DNA of 64,000 bases, taken from Mogibacterium sp. (GTDB lineage Bacteria > Bacillota > Clostridia > Peptostreptococcales > Anaerovoracaceae). The stretch spans positions 581-64,580 of the forward strand of contig JAFWFU010000031.1 in assembly GCA_017515425.1 (NCBI GenBank), given 5' to 3'. Positions 36,822 through 47,016 of this stretch are shown piece after piece. Both the position numbers and the translations under genes were made by a program. Numbering within the stretch: position 1 is the stretch's first letter; every line of letters begins with the position of its first letter. The notes beneath the pieces were generated by a model. That model worked only from the letters and a program-made list of their open reading frames with translations. It did not search any database and was not told the origin of the DNA.

Positions 36822-39800
36822 ATGAATTTAAGACTAGGTATTGATGTAGGATCGACCACTGTTAAATTGGTCGTTCTTGATGATGAAAACAAAATAGTTT
36901 ATTCGAGATACGAAAGGCATATGTCCGGCGTATTCGAAAAGGCTGCGGAGATGATAAGAGCCCTCAGAGATGAAATGGGCGATATTTTAGTGCAGTCGGT
37001 CATTACGGGCTCTGGAGGCCTTTCCTTGGCGGATTTAATCGGGATAAAGTTTGAACAGGAAGTAATCGCCTGCAGCAAGGCGGTGGAGGAACTCATTCCC
37101 GAGACCGACGTAGCCATAGAGCTTGGCGGCGAGGACGCCAAGATTACATTCTACGGCTCAGCTGTAGAGCAGCGTATGAACGGAACCTGTGCGGGAGGCA
37201 CGGGTGCTTTTATTGACCAGATGGCAGTCCTTTTAAATACTGACGCAGCGGGTCTCAACGAGGCTGCGAAGGACTATAAGACGATTTATCCGATAGCTTC
37301 GAGATGTGGAGTATTTGCAAAGACGGATATTCAGCCTCTTATCAATGACGGTGCGAGGACTGAGGATATAGCGGCTTCCATTTTCCAAGCAGTCGTCAAT
37401 CAGATGATTTCAGGGCTTGCGTGCGGTCACCCTATACGCGGCCATGTCGCATTCCTCGGGGGTCCCTTGGAATACCTCTCTGAACTTAGAAAGAGGTTCA
37501 TAGAGACCTTAAATCTCGAGGAAGAGAATATTATATTCCCTGAAAATGCAAAATTTTTCGTAGCCATAGGCGCTGCTTATCTCGCCTATGGTGAAAAACA
37601 TGTAGAGCTTGGGGATATACTCGCCAAGCTTGAGTCTGCTGACGCCGAGGACGCAGCCGATACCAAATATCTGAAACCGCTTTTTGAAAACGAAGCTGAA
37701 CTGACGGCATTCAGAGCAAGACATGCGAATGCCTGCATAGTAAGAAGTCCGATCGAGGAAGCGAGCGGGGCGGTTTTCCTCGGCATAGACGCGGGTTCCA
37801 CAACTACGAAAGCCGCTCTTATAAACAAAGACAAGGAAATCTTATACGAGCATTATAGCAATAATGACGGAGAGCCACTTGAGGTTGTCCGCTCCATTCT
37901 AAAGGAGATTTATCGGAAGCTTCCTAAGAACGCATTTATTGGAAGATCTGTTGTGACAGGCTATGGGGAAGGGCTCATTCAGGCTGCTTACAAGATAGAT
38001 AAGGGCGAGATTGAGACCATGGCTCATTATAAGGCGGCTAAGGAATTCCTCCCTGACGTCAGCTTTATCCTCGATATAGGCGGACAGGATATGAAATGTA
38101 TGCAGATTAGGGACGGCGCGATAAGCAGTATCATGCTGAACGAAGCCTGCTCTTCCGGCTGCGGCTCTTTTATTGAGACCTATGCGAAGTCTGTAAATAT
38201 GAGCGTTCCCGAATTTGCTGATGAGGCTCTGAAATCCAAAAGACCTGTCGACCTCGGGACTAGGTGCACAGTCTTTATGAATTCCAAGGTAAAGCAGGCG
38301 CAGAAGGAAGGCTCTTCCATTGCGGATATTTCGGCAGGTCTTTCCTATTCCGTAATAAAAAATGCGCTTTATAAGGTAATAAAGCTGAGAAATAATGAGG
38401 ATACAGGGGCGAAGGTGGTCGTTCAGGGCGGAACCTTCCTGAACGAAGCAGTCCTCAGAGCCATTGAGATAATCCTAGAAAAAGATGTCGTGAGACCGGA
38501 TATTTCAGGGCTTATGGGTGCATACGGCTCTGCCATAACAGCCTCTGATGATTATAAGGAAGGAGATGTATCCACCCTTCTCGGCATTGATGAGGTGGAC
38601 GGTTTTGAAGTTCAGACCTCTAATGCCAGATGTGGGCGGTGCGGAAATAACTGCCTGCTTACCATTTCGAAATTCTCGGACGGAAGCCGTTTTATCACGG
38701 GAAACAGATGTGAAAAGGGTGCTGGAATAAGCACGGAGAAGTCGGAGCTTCCCAATCTCTATAAGATAAAAACAAAGCTGCTCTTTGACAGACCTTCGCT
38801 TTCAAAGGAAGAGGCGAAGAGGGGCGTTATCGGAATACCGAGAGTTCTCAATATGTATGAGAATTATCCATTTTGGAAGGATTTTTCTCGAAGCTTGGCT
38901 TCCGTGTCGTGCTCAGCCCTCCGACCGACAAGGAGATGTATCAGAAGGGCATGGACACGATTTCCTCAGACACAGCCTGCTATCCGGCGAAGGTGGTGCA
39001 TGGTCATATAAAATGGCTCGTCGAGAATGGAGTTAAGAGGATATTCTATCCTTCAATCAATTATGAGGCGATAGAGGATAAGAGCGCGCCAAATCATTAT
39101 AACTGTCCCGTCGTTGCCACCTATCCCGAGGTAATCGACAAGAATATGGCGGATTATTTCTTCGACAATGATGTCGAATTCTACCACCCATTCGTTCCCT
39201 ATGATAATGACGATAGATTTATCATGGAAATGACGAAGTTCTTCTCTGGCTCAAGGCAGGTGGATATTGCAAGCACGGAGAATATCATAGACTCCTATCA
39301 TCTCGGAGAGGATAAGAGGAAATATACATTATATGGGATAGGCACTGATATTTTAGAGATTTATCATGCGCTCGACGCCGGAAGGAATGCTCAGAGCGTA
39401 TACAAGAAAAAGGTAGCCGAGGCGGGTGACGCCGCCCTCAAATATATGAGGGAACACGGCAAGAAGGGGATAATCCTCTCAGGTAGGCCCTATCATATAG
39501 ACCCGGAAATCAATCACGGGATAGATGAACTCATCACTCAGCAGGATATGGTCGTCCTCTCGGAAGATTCCGTAAGCTGGAAGGTGCGTGCGGCTCGACC
39601 GATAAGGATTCTCGACCAATGGGTATATCATTCGAGGCTCTATAAGGCGGCGATTTATGCGGGAAAGCATGATGATGTCGAGGTCATTCAGCTAAATTCC
39701 TTCGGCTGCGGACTCGACGCCGTAACGACGGACGAAGTTGATGAATTGCTCGAACAGAATAACAAGCTCTATACGGTGCTTAAAATCGACGAGGGAGCCA

Positions 39801-41137
39801 ATCTCGGGGCAGCCAAGATAAGGATAAGATCTCTCAAAGCCGCTCTAGAGGAGAGGAAGAAGCTGGGCGAAAAGTCCGGGAGAATAAACGTCCCATATGT
39901 GCGAAGGAAGTTTACAAAGCGCATGAAGGTTGACGGATATACTCTTTTGGTGCCTCAGATGTCGCCGCTTCACTTTCAATATTTTGAGCCTATATTCAAT
40001 AAAATGGGCTATAATGCCGTCCTTCTTCCTGCTGTCACCAAGGAGTCCGAGGAAGAAGGCCTGAGGTATGTAAATAATGACGCCTGCTATCCGACTATCG
40101 TAACCCTCGGGCAGATAATATATGCTCTAAAATCGGGAGAATACGATTTGAACAAGACGGCAGTATTCATGTCTCAGACCGGAGGCGGCTGCAGAGCCAG
40201 CAACTATGTTGCGCTTCTTCGAAAAGCTCTCAAGGATATGGACATGGAGCAGGTTCCCGTCATTTCCTTTAATATGGTGGGGCTTGAGAAGAATCCCGGC
40301 TTCAAGCTTACGCTCCGCCTTATGAAGCAGCTCGTTTTCGCTGCTTTATACGGGGATATGATTATGAAATGCCTCTATAGAATCAGACCATATGAAATAG
40401 AGAAGGGCTCTGCCGAGGCTGTTATGAAGTCATGGTTCGACAAGATAGTGGATAACTGCGTCAATCTTAATAGGAATCAATTTATTGAAAACCTCAATGC
40501 CATCGTGAAGGATTTTGACAGCATACCGATACATGAGGATGTGGTGAAGCCAAAGGTTGGTATAGTAGGAGAGATATTGGTTAAATATCATCCGAATGCA
40601 AATAATAATCTCGTTCAGATTATAGAAGAGGAAGGCGGAGAAGCCGTCGTGCCTTCCTTTGTGGACTTCTTTGAATATACATTCTTAAATAAGATTTACA
40701 ATTATTCCAACCTCTCGGGAACCTATAAGGATATGCTCACAAACAAGGCTGCCATAGCATTTGTGGAGAAATACCGCAAGCATGTCAGGGAAGCCTGCGC
40801 CAAGAGCAAGAGGTTTGCGCCGGATCACCATATAGAGAAAACTGCGGCGAATGCTGAGAGGTTTATCTCGGTCGGCAATCAATGCGGAGAGGGCTGGCTT
40901 CTCACGGGTGAAATGGTAAATCTTATAGACGAAGGCGTAAAGAATATACTTTGCCTACAGCCCTTCGCCTGCCTGCCTAATCACGTCGCAGGAAAGGGAA
41001 TGCTCAAGGCGCTGAGGCAGTATGATGAAAAAGCCAATATCGTTGCTATCGACTACGATCCGGGGGCGTCAAGCGTCAATCAGCTTAACCGCATTAAACT
41101 TATGATGTCCACCGCATTTAAGAATCTTGAAGAATAG
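36822..41137 (+). pseudogene. Giant BadF/BadG/BcrA/BcrD-type double ATPase (activase) fused to a 2-hydroxyacyl-CoA dehydratase-like/DUF2229 region, interrupted by a 1-nt frameshift
   Basis: Two GIDxGSTTxK ATPase domains, then [15 protein letters not shown]. Homology continues in another frame (…[14 protein letters not shown]…[11 protein letters not shown]). The two ORFs (36822-39011 and 38873-41137) overlap. The frame change maps to the T5 run at 38882-38886. Confidence 0.75.
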
Positions 41138-41197
41138 AGCTATTTTGTGTAAAATTGCAGACAGAAGAATAATTAAAGAGAGAAGGAGGTGTCTCCC

Positions 41198-41917
41198 TTG
41201 GGCAGACATGGAACAATAGCCAATAGAAAATCAGCGCAGGACTCCAAGAGATCTGCAATGTTTACGAAGTATTCACGACAGATTATAGTAGCTGCAAAAG
41301 GAGGGGGAGACCCCGAATTCAATCCTTCGCTGAGGGTGGCAATAGACAAGGCTAAAGCTATCGGAATGCCGAACGACAATATAAACCGCGCCATTAAAAA
41401 GGGCACGGGCGAGCTCGGCGGAGAGTCCTATGATGAACTCCAATTTGAAGGATATGGACCCAGCGGAGTCGCCGTCATAGTAGAGGCACTTACCGATAAT
41501 AAGAACAGAACGGCGGCATTCGTCAGATCCGTATTTGATAAAAGCGGTGGCAACCTCGGCACTCCCGGCTGTGTATCATATATGTTCTCGCGCAAGGGAG
41601 TAATCATCATAGCCTCGGAAGGGCTTGATGAGGACGAGGTGATGATGACTGCGCTCGACGCAGGCGCCGAGGATATGATAGTCAATGATGACAACTTCGA
41701 GATAATGACGGAGCCTTCGGCATTCAACGACGTGCATATGGCTGTCAAGAATGCGGGATATGAGATCTTCGAAGCCGAAATAGAGCAGATTCCTTCTATG
41801 GAAGTGAAGGTCGAGGACGAGGATTCCATCAAAGCTCTCACGAAGCTCATAAATTCTCTCGAAGACAATGATGATGTTCAAAAGGTTTATTATAACTGCG
41901 AATTGGATTTGGATTAA
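41198..41917 (+). CDS. YebC/PmpR family DNA-binding transcriptional regulator (TTG start)
   Basis: FTKYSRQIIVAAKGGGDPEFNPSLRVAIDKAKAIGMPNDNINRAIKKG matches the family. AGGAGG lies 8 nt upstream of the TTG at 41198, whereas the GTG at 41189 directly abuts that ribosome-binding site. Confidence 0.88.
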   Translation: MGRHGTIANRKSAQDSKRSAMFTKYSRQIIVAAKGGGDPEFNPSLRVAIDKAKAIGMPNDNINRAIKKGTGELGGESYDELQFEGYGPSGVAVIVEALTDNKNRTAAFVRSVFDKSGGNLGTPGCVSYMFSRKGVIIIASEGLDEDEVMMTALDAGAEDMIVNDDNFEIMTEPSAFNDVHMAVKNAGYEIFEAEIEQIPSMEVKVEDEDSIKALTKLINSLEDNDDVQKVYYNCELDLD

Positions 41918-41923
41918 GTAAAG

Positions 41924-42104
41924 AGATTCCTAGGATATGCGTGAAAGTCTCATTAATTGAACCTACACTTCCTTAAAGGGATTCCGATGCGGAAGCGTTA
42001 TGTAAAGCCCTCTCGAGGGGACTACAGAGGTCAAGCTCAGGAAGTACCCACCTTATCATATTGATAGGGCGTCAATTAAAGGCTTAACGGTATCCCGGGA
42101 ATTT
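41924..42104 (+). ncRNA. Candidate rod-shaped structured RNA (6S-like), unannotated
   Basis: About 35 base pairs link 41924-41965 with 42065-42104, including an 8-bp perfect helix (41953-41960 with 42072-79) and several G-U pairs that exist only on the plus strand. The pairing encloses about 99 nt centred on an apical hairpin at 42008-42020. The region is a 228-nt gap with no ORF. Confidence 0.45.
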
Positions 42105-42145
42105 TTGATATAAGCGGTTTTTCTTCATTATCGGAAGGGGCGGAT

Positions 42146-43384
42146 ATGAAAATTCGTAAAATCAATGTAACGGATATTGAGGGATTTAAAATCGGAAATG
42201 CGGAGAACATTGATAAGGGAACCGGCTGTACTGTGATTATCTGTGAGAAAGGGGCAGTCGGAGGAGTTGATGTGAGAGGCGGTGCGCCTGCCACAAGGGA
42301 TACTGATCTGCTCAGATCCGAGAATACCGTTGAGGCTGTCAATGCCGTGGTTCTCAGCGGTGGCTCAGCCTTCGGGCTCGAAGCCGCCACCGGCGTTATG
42401 AATGAACTCTCCAGAAAGGGAATAGGCTTTAGAGTCGGGAATATAAATATTCCAATTGTATGCGGCGCGTCACTTTTCGACCTCTTCCTAGGCGACAGCA
42501 GGGCTTATCCGGGCAAGGAGATGGGAAGGCAAGCCTGTATTAACGCCTATGAAGGACATTTCAGCCGCGGCAATAGAGGGGCAGGAACGGGCGCGAGCGT
42601 AGGTAAAATGCTCGGAATAAAAAGAGCCATGAAAACGGGGCTCGGCACATTTGCCTGCACGGACGGATATATAGATGTCGGCGCTGTTGCTGCTGTGAAT
42701 GCGGTAGGTGATGTCTATAACGGCGCAGGGAATATCGTAGCCGGGCTCAGGACTGAGGACGGCAAGTCAATATTCGGAAGCATTAGGGCTTTAAAGCATA
42801 TGGTTCACGATATAGGAGTTGCGGCTAAGCCTGAAAGCAATAATTCAGAGGCCTCTAAAACGGCAGAGAGGATTAAAAACAAGAAGGAGATAGCCGACGC
42901 CATTAGAAATGTATTCTCAAATAAGATAAGGGATAAGGCTATTACCGACGAGAGGATAGAGAAGATTTCGGAAGAAGCCGTCAACGAAGTTTATCAGCAG
43001 GTTGAGGCGCTAGAGCAGGTGGAAGCATTAGAGCAATATGATGAGCCTGAGGAAATAAAGCCCGTCGTTATCGATGAAGATATGGGGTATGATATTTCCT
43101 TCAATACTACAATATCGTGTCTTATCACCAATGCTAAGATGAGTAAGGGTCAGGCAAATAAGCTCGCGAGTATTCTGCACGACGCATATGCCCGCGCGAT
43201 AAAGCCTGTTCACGGAAGAATGGACGGAGATACAATATTCGTCCTGTCGACAGGAAAAAGAGAAGTCAATTTTGACGCATTTGCGGCACTTGCCACCGAC
43301 GTACTTCAATATGCGATTATAGATGCCGCAACATCCGCTAAGAGCGCATACGGTATTCCGGCTGCATGTGATATGCTCAGATGA
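42146..43384 (+). CDS. P1 family (DmpA/S58-like, Ntn-hydrolase) aminopeptidase with a ~90-aa internal insertion
   Basis: GFKIGNAENIDKGTGCTVII, VDVRGGAPATRDTDLL, VVLSGGSAFGLEAA, GAGTGASVGK, and NTTISCLITNAKMSKGQANKLA…DGDTIFVLSTG. Confidence 0.85.
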   Translation: MKIRKINVTDIEGFKIGNAENIDKGTGCTVIICEKGAVGGVDVRGGAPATRDTDLLRSENTVEAVNAVVLSGGSAFGLEAATGVMNELSRKGIGFRVGNINIPIVCGASLFDLFLGDSRAYPGKEMGRQACINAYEGHFSRGNRGAGTGASVGKMLGIKRAMKTGLGTFACTDGYIDVGAVAAVNAVGDVYNGAGNIVAGLRTEDGKSIFGSIRALKHMVHDIGVAAKPESNNSEASKTAERIKNKKEIADAIRNVFSNKIRDKAITDERIEKISEEAVNEVYQQVEALEQVEALEQYDEPEEIKPVVIDEDMGYDISFNTTISCLITNAKMSKGQANKLASILHDAYARAIKPVHGRMDGDTIFVLSTGKREVNFDAFAALATDVLQYAIIDAATSAKSAYGIPAACDMLR

Positions 43385-43410
43385 TAATTGTGATATAGTC
43401 AGAAATAATT

Positions 43411-46080
43411 ATGAAAGAAGTAGTTTTAATAGACGGTAATAGTCTGCTCTTTCGCGCATATTTCGCGATGAGACCGATGGTAACTTCAAAAGGCATTCAC
43501 ACCCAAGGCGTGTTTGCTTTTATTAATATGCTGAATAAAATCCTAAAGGACTATGAGCCTAAGCACCTCGCCGTAGCCTTCGATATGAAGGGCGGCACAT
43601 TCAGGCATGAGAAATACAGCGAATATAAGGCGGGAAGGCAGCAGACTCCTCCTGAACTTTTATCACAGATACCCCTCATGCACAGGGTGCTCGAGGCTAT
43701 GAATATAGCCGTCTTGGAGAAGGAAAAATACGAGGCAGACGATATAATCGGAACCATTGCTTCCGCCGCGAGCAGGGAAGGGCTGAGCACGCTTATAATC
43801 ACCGGAGACAAGGATGAGCTCCAGCTCATTGACGAGAACGTCAACGTCCTTATCACTAAAAAAGGACTGAGCGAATTTGACATATATGATCTGTCCGCCA
43901 TGCGTGAGAGATATGGGCTTACACCTTCTCAGTTCATAGATTTGAAGGGCTTAATGGGTGACAGCTCAGACAATATACCCGGAGTTTCCGGCATAGGAGA
44001 GAAGAAGGGACTTGCGCTCCTCCACGAATATGAAAGCCTTGAGAATGTGATATGCCATGCTGATGAGATAAAGGGCAAAATGGGAGAAAATATAAGGGCG
44101 AACATTGATATAGCAAGGCTCTCTAAATGGCTCGCTACCATTAACAGGGAATCTCCGATAGATTTTACTTGGGAAGATTTGAGGCTTGGCGCACCAGACT
44201 ATGCCAAGCTGATAGATATATATACTGAGCTCGAATTCAATCAATTCATCAAGCAGTTAGGGAGCATATCATCAGCGGCAGGGGATTCTTTGAATATAGA
44301 GAGCGATTCGTCAGAGGCTCTTCGCAGGGGCTTTGAGTCTATAGAAATTGTAGACAGAGCTTCGTTCTTCAACAAGACGAAGAGTGGAAGTGAAGTATTT
44401 ATCGAGCTCGCAACGGATAATTCCCATACTGATACCCCTCTCGTGAGAGCCGGAGCGCTTTATAATCCCGAGGATAATATCGCCTGCATGATAGAGTCTG
44501 AGCTTGAAATTATGACGCTCGCCTCTTCTCTTGCCGAGGCTGGCTATAGGCTTTCGGGCTGCGGACTTCACAAGGTCGTTTATTCTCTTATCAGCATGGA
44601 AAACAGGCGCCTTGATACCTGCTTTGACAATACCGTAGCAGAGTATCTCTTAAATCCCAGCGCTCAGAAATATCCTTTGGATAAGCTCCTTCTGAGGCAT
44701 AGCGGATATGTGGCGACCCAGGAAGAGGCGGAACTTCTATCTGATGAGGCTAATCATAATACGGCGAATATCAGCGCAGAAGGTTGTCTGAAAAGAGCCT
44801 TTTATTCCCATGTCGTAAAGGATAATCAGGAGAAGCTCCTAGATGAAAATGAGATCAGAAGTCTTTTTGAAAGCTGCGAGATGCCTCTTGTTATGACTCT
44901 CTCATCAATGGAATACGAAGGCATAAAATGCGACTCCTCCGTCCTCAAATCAATCGGAGGCGAATTGATAGCAGAAATCGAAGGCTTGGAGAAGGAGATC
45001 TACCATAAAGCCGGAAGGGAATTTAATATCAATTCACCTAAGCAGCTCGGTCAGATCTTATTTGATGAGATGTCGATTCCTTATCCAAAGCAGAAGGCTA
45101 AGAGCGGTTCCTATTCAACTGCTGCGGATATTCTCGATAAGCTAAAGGACGACTATGACATAGTCTCCGATATTTTAAACTATAGAAAGCTCACTAAGCT
45201 AAACAGCACATATGTTGAGGGGCTCCTTCCTCTCATATCTTCGGAGGGCAGGGTTCATCCGCATTTTCAGCAGACTGTAACCGCTACGGGCAGGCTAAGC
45301 TGCACGGAGCCAAATCTACAGAATATACCGATTAGAGATGAATACGGCAGGCTGATTAGAAAGGCATTCATAGCTTCTGATGAGGAAAGCCTATTTACGG
45401 GCTCTGACTATTCTCAGATAGAGCTTCGCATACTAGCCTCGCTCTCAGGCGACGAGTCTCTTATAAGCGATTTTAGAGAAGGCAAGGATATTCACAAATC
45501 GACAGCTGCGAGAGTCTTCGGTCTTAAAGAGGAGGAGGTCACCTCGCTTGACCGCACCAAAGCCAAGGCTGTGAACTTCGGTGTGGTATACGGCATGAGC
45601 GGCTTCGGACTCGGAGAGAGCCTCTCAATCAGCAGATCCGAAGGGCAGAAATATATAAACGACTATTTCATCAAGCACGAAGCTGTAAAAAATTATTTGG
45701 ACGATAGAATAAAGGAAGGTGAGACGAAGAGAGAAGTCAGGACGTATTTCGGCAGGCTGAGACAGCTTCCGGAATTCGCCTCCAGCAAATTCATGGAAAG
45801 AGAGGCGGCAAAGAGGCTCGCCATGAATACTCCCGTGCAGGGGACGGCTGCCGACATAATTAAAATCGCCATGAACAGCGTTTATGATGAGCTCGATAAA
45901 AGAGGGCTTGAGTCGAGACTGATACTTCAAATTCACGACGAACTGATAGTCGAAGGACCTGAGAGCGAAGCTGCCGAAGTAAGGCAAATCCTTGACTCAT
46001 GTATGAGAAATGCTGCGAGTCTTGCGGTTGACCTCGTCTGCGAGATTCACAGCGGAAAGACTTGGTATGATTTAAAATGA
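43411..46080 (+). CDS. polA: DNA polymerase I
   Basis: 5'-nuclease domain (LIDGNSLLFRAYFA, GDSSDNIPGVSGIGEK) and polymerase motifs A, B and C (DYSQIELR, RTKAKAVNFGVVYG, QIHDEL). Confidence 0.95.
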   Translation: MKEVVLIDGNSLLFRAYFAMRPMVTSKGIHTQGVFAFINMLNKILKDYEPKHLAVAFDMKGGTFRHEKYSEYKAGRQQTPPELLSQIPLMHRVLEAMNIAVLEKEKYEADDIIGTIASAASREGLSTLIITGDKDELQLIDENVNVLITKKGLSEFDIYDLSAMRERYGLTPSQFIDLKGLMGDSSDNIPGVSGIGEKKGLALLHEYESLENVICHADEIKGKMGENIRANIDIARLSKWLATINRESPIDFTWEDLRLGAPDYAKLIDIYTELEFNQFIKQLGSISSAAGDSLNIESDSSEALRRGFESIEIVDRASFFNKTKSGSEVFIELATDNSHTDTPLVRAGALYNPEDNIACMIESELEIMTLASSLAEAGYRLSGCGLHKVVYSLISMENRRLDTCFDNTVAEYLLNPSAQKYPLDKLLLRHSGYVATQEEAELLSDEANHNTANISAEGCLKRAFYSHVVKDNQEKLLDENEIRSLFESCEMPLVMTLSSMEYEGIKCDSSVLKSIGGELIAEIEGLEKEIYHKAGREFNINSPKQLGQILFDEMSIPYPKQKAKSGSYSTAADILDKLKDDYDIVSDILNYRKLTKLNSTYVEGLLPLISSEGRVHPHFQQTVTATGRLSCTEPNLQNIPIRDEYGRLIRKAFIASDEESLFTGSDYSQIELRILASLSGDESLISDFREGKDIHKSTAARVFGLKEEEVTSLDRTKAKAVNFGVVYGMSGFGLGESLSISRSEGQKYINDYFIKHEAVKNYLDDRIKEGETKREVRTYFGRLRQLPEFASSKFMEREAAKRLAMNTPVQGTAADIIKIAMNSVYDELDKRGLESRLILQIHDELIVEGPESEAAEVRQILDSCMRNAASLAVDLVCEIHSGKTWYDLK

Positions 46081-46673
46081 AAACCATAGCTGTTACAGGT
46101 GGGATAGCCTCGGGCAAATCTCTTGCTGCGAGCTATCTTAAATCAAAGGGATATGAGCTTATAGATGCCGACGAAATAGCAAGGGTAATTACAGCGCCTG
46201 GCGGCAGGGCAATCCCTTTTATCATGGAGCATTTCGGCGCTGACTATACAGATGATGAGGGCGGTCTTGACAGAGCTGCAATGAGAGAGCTCGTCTTTAA
46301 TAATCCCGATAAGAAAGCTCTTCTCGAGATGGGCACCACCGATATTGTTATAGAGGAAATCGAGAAGATTAAAAGAGAAAGAGAAGAGGCAGGGAATGAG
46401 CTCTTATTCTTCGATATTCCGCTCCTCTTTGAGAAAAACCAAGAGGATAAATATGATTATATATTGATGATAACCGCAGACAGAGAAACCAGAAAGGAGA
46501 GGATTTTGCAAAGAGAAGGTCTTAATGATGAAATGGCAGAGCTTATAATTGCTTCACAATTCGATGAAAACAAAAAGGTCGAAGCCGCCGATTTCGTCAT
46601 CTATAACAACGGAGAAATCGCCGACCTCTACCGCTCCATGGACGAAGTGCTATTGCAATTAGGAAGAAAATAG
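46077..46673 (+). CDS. coaE: Dephospho-CoA kinase
   Basis: IAVTGGIASGKS P-loop and ~200 aa length. Overlaps the polA stop, the usual polA-coaE arrangement. Confidence 0.9.
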   Translation: MKTIAVTGGIASGKSLAASYLKSKGYELIDADEIARVITAPGGRAIPFIMEHFGADYTDDEGGLDRAAMRELVFNNPDKKALLEMGTTDIVIEEIEKIKREREEAGNELLFFDIPLLFEKNQEDKYDYILMITADRETRKERILQREGLNDEMAELIIASQFDENKKVEAADFVIYNNGEIADLYRSMDEVLLQLGRK

Positions 46674-46748
46674 GGCTGAAACGGCGGATTTAACTGCATT
46701 AGAAATATTTACAGATAAAAAATAAAAAATAAATCTTCGAATTTGGTA

Positions 46749-46777
46749 TTGCATTTTAGTGCGTTGATGTTTATAAT
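46749..46777 (+). promoter_or_regulatory. Candidate promoter for the tRNA-Leu pair (TTGCAT, 17-nt spacer, TATAAT)
   Basis: TTGCAT at 46749-46754 and TATAAT at 46772-46777, 14 nt upstream of the first tRNA. Confidence 0.55.
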
Positions 46778-46790
46778 TGCCTAGTGGCGT

Positions 46791-46875
46791 GTGGATGTGG
46801 CGGAATTGGTAGACGCGCATGGTTGAGGGCCATGTGGGTTAAACCGTGCTGGTTCGAGTCCAGTCATCCACACCA
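46791..46875 (+). tRNA. tRNA-Leu (anticodon GAG), CCA encoded
   Basis: Acceptor stem GTGGATG/CATCCAC, anticodon stem CATGG/CCATG with loop TTGAGGG, long variable arm and a GTTCGAGTC T-loop. Confidence 0.9.
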
Positions 46876-46901
46876 ATTTTTTTAGCCGAAAATTGCCATG
46901 C

Positions 46902-46988
46902 GCCGGTGTGGCGGAATTGGCAGACGCGCGGGATTCAAAATCCCGTGATAGCAATATCGTGTGGGTTCGACCCCCACCACCGGCACCA
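46902..46988 (+). tRNA. tRNA-Leu (anticodon CAA), CCA encoded
   Basis: Acceptor stem GCCGGTG/CACCGGC, anticodon stem CGGGA/TCCCG with loop TTCAAAA, long variable arm and a GGTTCGACC T-loop. Confidence 0.9.
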
Positions 46989-47016
46989 TTTATTCATTTT
47001 AGAGAAGGAGGTTCTA

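Noticed and set aside
41924-42104. SRP RNA, tmRNA, a T-box or a common riboswitch as the identity of the structured element after yebC
   Set aside because: I could not find the SRP domain IV motif (…GGAAGCAGC… with a GNRA loop), a tRNA-like tmRNA end, the T-box sequence, or core motifs of the TPP, SAM, cobalamin, c-di-GMP, glycine or lysine riboswitches. The long closing helix fits a 6S-like rod better, and that is how it is reported, with caveats.
46846-47016. N-terminal 57-aa extension of the yajC ORF in the ORF track
   Set aside because: The extension reads through the 3' end of tRNA-Leu(GAG) and all of tRNA-Leu(CAA). The real start is the ATG at 47017, which has a GAAGGAGG ribosome-binding site.
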